Of a stretch of DNA of 64,000 nt, positions 23,973 through 35,040 are shown piece after piece (the stretch's first letter is position 1; every line of letters begins with the position of its first letter). A model generated the notes under the pieces. That model made no database searches and was not told where the DNA came from. It was given only the letters and a program-made list of their open reading frames with translations. The stretch is taken from assembly GCA_002269645.1 (NCBI GenBank), contig NIVC01000175.1, positions 620,001-684,000 of the forward strand, read 5' to 3'. Origin of the DNA: Macrostomum lignano. Its lineage: Eukaryota. A program made the translations under genes and the position numbers.

Positions 23973-26900
23973 TTAATCGATTCCGTGCATCAGCATCAGA
24001 ATCCTCACTATGATGGCGCTCCAGCCGCCTTTATGCGCGGCGCCGTGGCCTCGGCCTGTGTCGCCATCGAAAGTTTCGTAGAATTGCAGGCCGCATCTGG
24101 CTTCCAAGCCCGTGCTGGGGATCACGCCTGCGGCGGCATCGGTTAGGAGTCCAGGTGGGTGCGAGAGTACAGAGTCACGTGTAGCGGATCTCTTTTAAGC
24201 CTTGTTAAACCTCTGCCACCCTCACCCCACTCCCTTCTCTGTCCCTCCCTCACCCCACTTCCCGTCTGTCCCTCCATTACCCCACTCCCCGTCTGTCCCT
24301 CCCTTACCCCACTCCCCGTCTGTCCCTCCCTTACCCCACTCCCCGTCTGTCCCTCCCTTACCCCACTCCCCGTCTGTCCCTCCCTTACCCCACTCCCCGT
24401 CTGTCCCTCCCTTACCCCACTCCCCGTCTGTCCCTCCCTTACCCCACTCCCCGTCTGTCCCTCCCTTACCCCACTCCCCGTCTGTCCCTCCCTTACCCCA
24501 CTCCCCGTCTGTCCCTCCCTTACCCCACTCCCCGTCTGTCCCTCCCTTACCCCACTCCCCGTCTGTCCCTCCCTTACCCCACTCCCCGTCTGTCCCTCCC
24601 TTACCCCACTCCCCGTCTGTCCCTCCCTTACCCCACTCCCCGTCTGTCCCTCCCTTACCCCACTCCCCGTCTGTCCCTCCCTTACCCCACTCCCCGTCTG
24701 TCCCTCCCTTACCCCACTCCCCGTCTGTCCCTCCCTTACCCCACTCCCCGTCTGTCCCTCCCTTACCCCACTCCCCGTCTGTCCCTCCCTTACCCCACTC
24801 CCCGTCTGTCCCTCCCTTACCCCACTCCCCGTCTGTCCCTCCCTTACCCCACTCCCCGTCTGTCCCTCCCTTACCCCACTCCCCGTCTGTCCCTCCCTTA
24901 CCCCACTCCCCGTCTGTCCCTCCCTTACCCCACTCCCCGTCTGTCCCTCCCTTACCCCACTCCCCGTCTGTCCCTCCCTTACCCCACTCCCCGTCTGTCC
25001 CTCCCTTACCCCACTCCCCGTCTGTCCCTCCCTTACCCCACTCCCCGTCTGTCCCTCCCTTACCCCACTCCCCGTCTGTCCCTCCCTTACCCCACTCCCC
25101 GTCTGTCCCTCCCTTACCCCACTCCCCGTCTGTCCCTCCCTTACCCCACTCCCCTCTCTGCCACAGCCTTGCCTCAGTAGTAAATTCTATTATTAAACAA
25201 CATTTCTCACCACTGGAATTCGGCAGAAACAACGCGGCATTCCTTGAGGCCAACTCTTGCACAATCTCGTTTATTAGTTTATAACGCCCAGAGTAGGATG
25301 GATATTCGATTAGATCGAATTTCTTATCCAACACAGTGGACCAACGGTGCATGGCCTCCAGGAGCAGGTAGTTATAAGGGAGGTTAATCCCACCATACCA
25401 GTTGGTGTTGCCTCCGTACGAGCTGCTCACGGAAGCACCTGGGCAGAATTCCTGACTCAAAGTATAGCTAGCCAGCTTTTGCTGCTTAACTTCCGGTTCT
25501 GACAAAGAAGAATTTGTAGAAGATTCTCGCCGGCCCATAGACAGTCTGACGGAGGCCGTGTCGCAGGTATGAAGCATCGACATGGTGCGGATGCCGTATT
25601 GGGAGAGAAACTGCACCTCACTTAGTACCTGAAAATAGAATGGGGACGTTAGGATAGGATATGAAGTTTACTTCCTCAAATCATTAAACAAAATCACTTA
25701 AACTTCCTCAGATCATTAAGCTTTCCCAAATCAATAACTTCCCCAAATCATTTAAATTCCTCCAATCAATTAAACTTTCCAAAATCACAAATTTTCTCCA
25801 AATCAATAAAGAACCTATTACCTGCTCCAGGAGCTCTGACAACTGTATCGAGTTAATAACGCTAACAAACAGCCTCGAATGACCGGCATCCGTGAAGACA
25901 TACGGAGCCCTGGTCTCCCAGTCGCTCGAGCCATTATTAAACGCCCGAGCAAGCAGATCCTCAATCGTGTCACCTCCATCTAGCCGGACATTGGGCAGGC
26001 TGCAACAACAGATTATTGGCAAATAGCAATAGGCATGCAGCCAGGGACATCGATTGACAGTTTCCTCTCGACTGTCGCCGCTGTACACCGTCGAAGATGT
26101 CAGCAGACCGGACGACGAGCCTGTGAATCGTTCGACAACACCCGAGAAGCTGACACAACTGCCGTCAATAGAAGCGTTGCTCTCAATACTTTCCGATTGA
26201 ATGCTACTAGGACGTCTTTGAGTCTCCTGCTGTTGCTGCTTGTTGTTGCGGCTCAAGTTGCTGCTGCTTCCACCTGAAACTTCGGACCAGAAGCCAACGT
26301 CCAGCCAGTACGGATGGTAGAGTCCATTCTCTTGGACAACACAGCGCACAAACAAAGCGCAAAGTCTTCCTAGACTTTCAATCAGTTTTGGCAGGTTTAT
26401 TTCTATTGTCGAGCGAAGGGCGGAGTCTCCGGGGCAAGTTGAGTAGATGGCCAAGGACAGCTCGAAAAACCTCTGGTTGGTTGAGTTGGAGTACATTTGT
26501 TTCTTTTCTAATTCAACTTTATACTGAGCACTGAAATTGATCTAAATTTATCAAACTTGACACTAAACTCAATCAAACCTGAGACTACACTCAATCAAAT
26601 TTGACACTAAACTCAATCAAACCTGACACTTAACTCAATCAAATTTGACACTAAACTCAATCAAATCTGACACGACACTCAATCAACACTGACACTAAAC
26701 TCAATCAAACCTGACACTAAACTCAATAAAACCTGACACTACACTTAATCAAACCTGACACTAAACTCAATCAAACCTGACACTACACTTAATCAAACCT
26801 GACACTAAACTCAATCAAATCTGACACTAAACTCAATTAAATCTGACACTAAACTCAATCAAACCTGACACTAAACTCAATCAAACCTGACACTAAACTC

Positions 26901-29900
26901 AATCAACTCCGACACTAAACTCAATCAAACCTGACACTAAACTCAATCAAACCTGACACTAAACTCAATCAAATCTGACACTAAACTCAATCTAACCTGA
27001 CACTAAACTCAATCAAGCCTGACACTAAACTCAATCAAATCTGACACTAAACTAAATCAAACCTGACACTAAACTAAATCAAATCTGACACTAAACTCAA
27101 TCCGATCTGACACTAAACTCAATCAAACCTGACACTAAACTCAATCAACTCCGACACTAAACTCAATCAAACCTGACACTAAACTCAATCAAACCTGACA
27201 CTAAACTCAATCAAATCTGACACTAAACTCAATCTAACCTGACACTAAACTCAATCAAGCCTGACACTAAACTCAATCAAATCTGACACTAAACTAAATC
27301 AAACCTGACACTAAACTAAATCAAATCTGACACTAAACTCAATCCGATCTGACACTAAACTCAATCAAACCTGACACTAAATTCAATCCGATTTGACACT
27401 AAACTCAATAAAAAATCTGACACTAAACTAAATCCGATTTGACACTAAACTCAATCAAACCTGACACTAAACTCAACCAAACCTGACACTAAACTCAATC
27501 AAATCTGACACTAAACTCAATTAAATCTGACACTAAACTCAACCAAACCTGACACTAAACTCAATCAAACCTGACACTAAACTCAATCAAACCTGACACT
27601 AAACTCAATCAAATCTGACACCAAGCTCAATCAAATCTGACACTAAACTCAATCAAACCTGACACTAAACTAAATCAAATCTGACACTAAACTCAATCCG
27701 ATCTGACTCTAAACTCAATCAAACCTGACACAAAATTCAATCCGATTTGACACTAAACTTAATAAAAAATCTGACACTAAACTAAATCCGATTTGACACT
27801 AAACTCAATAAAACCTGACACTAAACTCAATCAAACCTGACACTAAACTCAATCAAATCTGACACTAAACTCAATCAAATTTGACACTAAACTCAATCAA
27901 ACCTGACACTAAACTCAATCAAATCTGACACTAAACTCAATCAAATCTGACACTAAACTCAATCAAATCTGACACCAAGCTCAATCAAATCTGACACTAA
28001 ACTCAATCTAACCTGACACTAAACTCAATCAAGCCTGACACTAAACTCAATCAAATCTGACACTAAACTAAATCAAACCTGACACTAAACTAAATCAAAT
28101 CTGACACTAAACTCAATCCGATCTGACACTAAACTCAATCAAACCTGACACTAAATTCAATCCGATTTGACACTAAACTCAATAAAAAATCTGACACTAA
28201 ACTAAATCCGATTTGACACTAAACTCAATCAAACCTGACACTAAACTCAACCAAACCTGACACTAAATTCAATCCGATTTGACACTAAACTCAAAAAAAA
28301 ATCTGACACTAAACTAAATCCGATTTGATACTAAACTCAATAAAACCTGACACTAAACTCAATCAAACCTAACACTAAACTCAATCAAATCTGACACTAA
28401 ACTCAATCAAACCTGACACTAAACTCAATCAAACCTGACACTAAACTCAATCAAACCTGACACTAAACTCAATCAAACCTGACACTAAACTCAATCAAAT
28501 CTGACACTATACTCAATCAAACCTGACACTAAACTCAATCAAACCTGACACTAAACTCAATCAAATCTGACACTAAACTCAATCAAACCTGACACTAAAC
28601 TCAATCAAATCTGACACTAAACTCAATCAAACCTGACACTAAACTCAATCAAATCTGACACTATACTCAATCAAACCTGACACTAAATTCAATAAAACCT
28701 GACACTAAACTCAATCAAACCTGACACTAAAGTCAATCAAACCTGACACTAAACTCAATCAAACCTGACACTACACTTAATCAAACCTGACACTAAACTC
28801 AATCAAATCTGACACAAAACTCAATCAAATTTGACACTTAACTGAATCAAATCTGACACTAAACTCAATCAAACCTGACACTAAACTCAATCAAACCTGA
28901 CACTAAACTCAATCAAACCTGACACTAAACTCAATCAAATCTGACACTAAACTCAATCAAATCTGACACCAAGCTCAATCAAATCTGACACTAAACTCAA
29001 TCAAACCTGACACTAAACTCAATCAAACCTGACACTAAACTCAATCAAATCTGACACCAAGCTCAATCAAATCTGACACTAAACTCAATCAAACCTGACA
29101 CTAAACTAAATCAAATCTGACACTAAACTCAATCCGATCTGACTCTAAACTCAATCAAACCTGACACAAAATTCAATCCGATTTGACACTAAACTTAATA
29201 AAAAATCTGACACTAAACTAAATCCGATTTGACACTAAACTCAATAAAACCTGACACTAAACTCAATCAAACCTGACACTAAACTCAATCAAATCTGACA
29301 CTAAACTCAATCAAATTTGACACTAAACTCAATCAAACCTGACACTAAACTCAATCAAATCTGACACTAAACTCAATCAAATCTGACACTAAACTCAATC
29401 AAATCTGACACCAAGCTCAATCAAATCTGACACTTAACTCAATCTAACCTGACACTAAACTCAATCAAGCCTGACACTAAACTCAATCAAATCTGACACT
29501 AAACTAAATCAAACCTGACACTAAACTAAATCAAATCTGACACTAAACTCAATCCGATCTGACACTAAACTCAATCAAACCTGACACTAAATTCAATCCG
29601 ATTTGACACTAAACTCAATAAAAAATCTGACACTAAACTAAATCCGATTTGATACTAAACTCAATAAAACCTGACACTAAACTCAATCAAACCTAACACT
29701 AAACTCAATCAAATCTGACACTAAACTCAATCAAACCTGACACTAAACTCAATCAAACCTGACACTAAACTCAATCAAACCTGACACTAAACTCAATCAA
29801 ATCTGACACTAAACTCAATCAAACCTGACACTAAACTCAATCAAATCTGACACTAAACTCAATCAAACCTGACACTAAACTCAATCAAATCTGACACTAA

Positions 29901-32900
29901 ACTCAATCAAACCTGACACTAAACTCAATCAAATCTGACACTAAACTCAATCAAACCTGACACTAAAGTCAATCAAACCTGACACTAAACTCAATCAAAC
30001 CTGACACTACACTTAATCAAACCTGACACTAAACTCAATCAAATCTGACACAAAACTCAATCAAATTTGACACTTAACTGAATCAAATCTGACACTAAAC
30101 TCAATCAAACCTGACACTAAACTCAATCAAACCTGACACTAAACTCAATCAAATCTGACACTAAACTCAATCAAATCTGACACCAAGCTCAATCAAATCT
30201 GACACTAAACTCAATCAAACCTGACACTAAACTAAATCAAACCTGACACTAAAATAAATCAAATCTGACACTAAACTAAATCAAATCTGACACTAAACTC
30301 AATCCGATCTGACACTAAACTCAATCAAACCTGACACTAAATTCAATCCGATTTGACACTAAACTCAATAAAAAATCTGACACTAAACTAAATCCGATTT
30401 GACACTAAACTCAATCAAACCTGACACTAAACTCAATCAAACCTGACACTAAATTCAATCCGATTTGACACTAAACTCAATAAAAAATCTGACACTAAAC
30501 TAAATCCGATTTGACACTAAACTCAATCAAACCTAACACTAAACTCAATCAAATCTGACACTAAACTCAATCAAATCTGACACTAAACTCAATCAAACCT
30601 GACACTAAACTTAATCAAACCTGACACTAAACTCAATCAAACCTGACACTAAACTCAATCAAATCTGACACTATACTCAATCAAACCTGACACTAAACTC
30701 AATCAAACCTGACACTAAAGTCAATCAAACCTGACACTAAACTCAATCAAACCAGACACTAAACTCAATCAAACCTGACACTAAACTCAATCAAATCTGA
30801 CACTAAACTCAATCAAATTTGACACTAAACTGAATCAACTCCGACACTAAACTCAATCAAACCTGACACTAAACTCAATCAAACCTGACACTAAACTCAA
30901 TCAAACCTGACACTAAACTCAATCAAATTTGACACTAAACTGAATCAACTCCGACACTAAACTCAATCAAATCTGACACTATACTCAATCAAACCTGACA
31001 CTAAACTCAATCAAACCTGACACTAAAGTCAATCAAACCTGACACTAAACTCAATCAAACCAGACACTAAACTCAATCAAACCTGACACTAAACTCAATC
31101 AAATCTGACACTAAACTCAATCAAATTTGACACTAAACTGAATCAACTCCGACACTAAACTCAATCAAACCTGACACTAAACTCAATCAAACCTGACACT
31201 AAACTCAATCAAACCTGACACTAAACTCAATCAAATTTGACACTAAACTGAATCAACTCCGACACTAAACTCAATCAAACCTGACAACTGCTTTGTCAAA
31301 TTTAATTATCTATCTTACAAGACAAAAAATATCATTAAACTTGCCATAGCGAAGAACAGAGCCCAGATCAGTCCTTCACCAGTTTCAACCAGTTCCCTAG
31401 GAAACAGTGACACGTAGTCAACACCGCAGATGCCGCCGTCGATCAGGGCGACACCGCGAGCATCTCGACGCTGCAGCCACCAGTCCAGATGGCGATGTAA
31501 TCGATCATAGATCAGCGGTGCCATGCTTTCCTGCTCGTCTGGGTTGCACTTACTGATGAAAAGTTGTTTTTTAATGCTAAGATTATGACTGTTTTACATG
31601 CACCAGATCAGGGGGAGTTGTGGCAGGAATGGCCACTTATTCGAGAGGGGGGCTCTGGGCACTGCTGCAATTCAAAGCGGCAGTACGTACCAGCGAACCA
31701 GGCTCGATTCCAAGTGCAGCCACATTAATTCAGGGCTGAATTGGAATCTCGGCTTGGCTCTGCTCGTGCAATTAACGGCCTTGAGGGCCAACCCCCAAGG
31801 CGCAGTGAAGTGTACATGCCTAACGATAAATAAAGTTAGGGCCGCTGTACACTTGTGTGTGTGTGTGCCTGTGCGTATGACTGCTCAGGGGAGTCGGCAG
31901 AATGGGCATCAGTAATAATGCCTCTCGCCGGTTGTGACAATGTCACTTAAAGTGCGCCAGGGTGCACACAGCCGCCTTTGCCTAGTTAAAAGATGGTTAC
32001 TAGGGATAATAATAATAATTTATTACACCTGCCTTAATAACCAGATGTGCAACCGACAGCTCAGCCGCAGCTATTGCGCGGCGCATCTGAAGGCTGCGTA
32101 CGGCTGTTCAGTCCAAGGACTGGGGGGGGGGTCGCCACACACACCCTCAATTACCCACAGCTAATGCTGGCACCCATTTTACAGCTGGGTGAACTTAAGC
32201 AATGCAGAGTTGAGTGTCTTGCTTAAGGACAAGATTTTTTTCCGAGTGAGTCGAGAATCGAACTTCCGACCTTTAAGTCGTGAGTCCGACGCACTAGCCA
32301 CAAGGCTACAACCCCTAAGAGCATTACTAGGGATGCTAGATGGAGAACTTCGAGATGCTGGAATAGGTATTAAGCATGCTATTAAAATCTCTCACCTGTA
32401 CAAATCCACAGCGGCCAGTACAGACAGGGGAGGTGTCACACCCTCCGGTCGGTACTCGTCAGCGTACATGGATCCGTCCTCCCTAATCAATGCCATGAGC
32501 AGCATCATCTCATCAATTGCCTGCCTACGATCGAAACAGCTCAAACAGAGGCAATGCACAGCCGTGTCCCACGCAGCTAAGTACGGCTGCTCCCATTTGT
32601 CGGGCACAGTCACTAAGCGATTTGGTAGGGTTCCAGCACCAGAGGAGAGCACTCTCCACAGGTGAGGCATCTGGTCCAGGGGATAGTACTGCCGATTCCA
32701 CAGCAGATTAGTGTAGGCCGCATTAAGAATATCCTGCTCAGCCGGGACTAGGGAACCTGGCAGCGACTGATAGGTGTCGACATTGTTCTGCAGTCGAACC
32801 ATTTCCATGCTACTTGTCAGGCCTTTCCAGTTCAGCGTTGCCGACTCTCCAGATCGCTGGGACATTAGAAAGCATCGCAGCTTGACTTGTTGCTTCGGCG

Positions 32901-34357
32901 CCAGATTTAACCGATAACAAATGCCTGCCTTGCTGGCTGGCAGACTGCCAAGATTGGCTATCAACCCGCTACTGTCGCCTCGAGTAATGTAACGATGAAA
33001 CGCGTCCTTCGACGGAGAGTGCGCCGATGCGTCTTTGGAGGCCGGGAATTGACATTGTCAGTCAGGAGAATTTCTGGGACGCCAGCTTCCGAATCGAAAT
33101 AGTAGCCCAAGTGGAACTCTTTGTTGTCTGCGTTTTAAACAGGATTAACCATGAGGTGTATAAGCGAAAATTCAAAGGGAAAAGTTCCCTCTGAGCACAT
33201 ACAACCGCGCTGGTACGTCCCGTACGCAGGCATGCACTCATATTCATGCTAACACAGGGTCTACAGTGGCCCCCCATACTTTCTAATCGTCGGGTTTGTG
33301 TACGCTCTCTCTGCCTTGGAGGCTGGCCCTTATGGGTGTGAAGCGGGGCACCAAAACCCCCAAGCCAATTTTCGTGTACACGAGCCCCAAACTAATGTAG
33401 TCACGCGCGCGAAATCGAATCAAGGATCGCGGCGTTAGAGTCAGAAGCTTTTACCGCTGAGCTGCTCTGGTAGACACTGAGACACGCTAAGACAAACGTC
33501 AAGAGACTAGGCGGCAGTTTTAACTAAGTTCTTGTGCTAAGAAACGACAAAAAGCACTCGTAGCTACATGTTAACTCACAACGATCCTTGAAGCAGACAA
33601 TCAAACAGTTGTCTTTCGCTTGAATGACCTTCTCAACGTTAAAGTCGTCTCCGGTTTGGCCAGGCGACCAAGTGTTTCTGAGAAACAGCATCGGCATAGC
33701 AACCAGCCTGGCAGGCAGCGCTGAGCAGTTAGTGATGCTTAGCTGCAGGTAGAGCCGTTCAGGCGTCAGTTTGCACATTTCGAATTCCATTTCAAAGTAG
33801 CGCTGCTCCGAATACCAGTTGTTGAAGTCAGTCAGAGAGACAGCGGCACTGCGAACCGAGTTCATTGCGGACACATCGGCTGCACCTTCCAGCCTCTCCA
33901 TCTGATGCAAGTGCCTGTAGGGATACTCAGTCTGAGGATAAAGGAAATCGGCTCCGATGTACTTGTACTGCGGATCGGCCGCCTTGTACGAGTAAACCTC
34001 CTTGACGTCCTCTCCGTGAGCACCCTGCGAGTTAGTCAGCCCGTAGAATCGCTCCTTAAGATGATCGTCCCTGTAGTTCCAGAAGGCGTAGGAGTGGCAG
34101 ACTCGGCAGTCGCGATCGCACACGCCGAAAATGCCGTCCTCGCAGTAGCGGTACGGCACGCTGGCGGCTTGTTCGTAGGGAAACTCGGCCCAGTTCGAGC
34201 CGTCAAGACCGCCAGTCTCGCGTACCGTGCCCCACTCGCGCTGGCTCATGTAGGGTCCCCAGAGCTGCCAGCGCGGATCCGTGCTTGGGGGCAGCTCGGC
34301 AGAATCGAACTCGTTGCCCTCCAGTTTGTTGCTAGGAGATTTTTTATTATTAATCAT
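23973..34357 (-). CDS. GH63-like / MGH1-like glycoside hydrolase (bacterial and yeast YMR196W-type glucosidase), complement(join(23973..24127,25211..25628,25822..26472,31345..31552,32396..33127,33580..34357)), ~980 aa if the 1-nt frameshift at ~33045 is corrected
   Basis: Motifs WGPYMSQREWGTVRE, YRYCEDG, LKERFYGLTNSQGAHGEDVKE, KDAFH, PDKWEQPYLAAWD, WW..R.D...DGGICGVD, EVQFLSQYGIR, YGGNTNW.G, FYETFDGDTGRGHGAAH.GGW. Splice phases are consistent. Confidence 0.88.
24230..25155. repeat. Near-perfect 27-bp minisatellite (TGTCCCTCCCTTACCCCACTCCCCGTC)n, ~34 units, in the last glycosidase intron
   Basis: Tandem units; explains the CPSLTPLPV and GEWGKGGTD ORFs. Confidence 0.97.
26560..31285. repeat. 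22-bp satellite (CTGACACTAAACTCAATCAAAC)n, ~4.7 kb, within the GC-AG intron
   Basis: Tandem units with recurrent variant blocks. Confidence 0.97.
31600..32005 (+). mobile_element. Candidate tRNA-derived SINE (family distinct from the one at 32005-32315)
   Basis: A-box-like TGGCAGGAATGG, B-box-like GGCTCGATTCC and a (TAA)n run at the 3' side. Only one copy in the window. Confidence 0.4.
32005..32315 (-). mobile_element. tRNA-derived SINE, copy 1
   Basis: The minus strand starts GGGGTTGTAGCCTTGTGG (A box)...GTTCGATTCTC (B box), has a central TTCACCCAGCTGTAAAATGGGTGCC resembling CORE/Meta-type SINE domains, and ends in a (TTA)n tail. Near-identical copy at 41913-42180. Confidence 0.8.
33270..33475 (-). 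mobile_element. Degenerate tRNA-headed SINE-like element in glycosidase intron 1
   Basis: Minus strand CAGCTCAGCGG (A-box-like)...GATTCGATTTC (B-box-like); no intact cloverleaf. Confidence 0.45.
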
Positions 34358-34827
34358 CTTGCTAGCTACGTTAATATAAGACCAATTCCAAACGTTCTTT
34401 AAATTGTTTTTTCCCTCTCATCAATTTTTGCCTAAAAAACGGGTTTGTCCACAGACAATAAACGCAATCGAAACTAGTATACTTTGTAGAAGCCGAGGTT
34501 TAGCTCAATTTGAAATTTACAAGCAAGTTTTTCAGTCAAAGCATGTTGACGTTCAATAAGAAAGTTCTCTATAACATCAACAATATGCCAGAATCATCCT
34601 ATCAACAACGTCGGTCAAAGATGATCTTGTCATTAATTTTCCGACCATCAACTACACTCAGCTTTCTGTGCGGCCAGAGCTAGTGTGCTGGACAGCATTG
34701 GCAAAGCTGTCAAATACTGTTTCTCCGTGTTTCTTCCGACGTCTCGATTGAACACCCTCGTCCCCTTTGATTCATAGTCACATAGACAATTGACTTGATC
34801 TATGGATCCAGTTCGTCAATGGCACCA

Positions 34828-34945
34828 TCAGCCAATGAAATAGCACGTAGTGTGCGGACAAGCCATCAACGTTGTAACAATGTACGCATTAGTTTGAGGA
34901 ATTCCAAGTAGGAAAAACACGAGCCAATGAAATTTATCCAATCAG
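34828..34945. promoter_or_regulatory. Putative bidirectional promoter with three CCAAT boxes between the divergent glycosidase and DEG/ENaC copy B
   Basis: CCAAT at ~34832, 34924 and 34938 within the 683-bp head-to-head interval. Confidence 0.35.
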
Positions 34946-35040
34946 ACCAGCTAGTTTTAGTAGTATGCAGACAATACACAATCATAAAGATAAGCTACGT
35001 CGCTAAATAGTCCATTGATTCTATCCTCTAAATCACGAAC

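Noticed and set aside
32245-32315. tRNA-like heads (also 42110-42180 and 33405-33475) as functional tRNA genes
   Set aside because: They lack complete acceptor stems and continue into SINE bodies and tails.
33035-33055. Programmed -1 ribosomal frameshift in the glycosidase
   Set aside because: No X XXY YYZ slippery heptamer or obvious stimulatory structure; an indel is more parsimonious.
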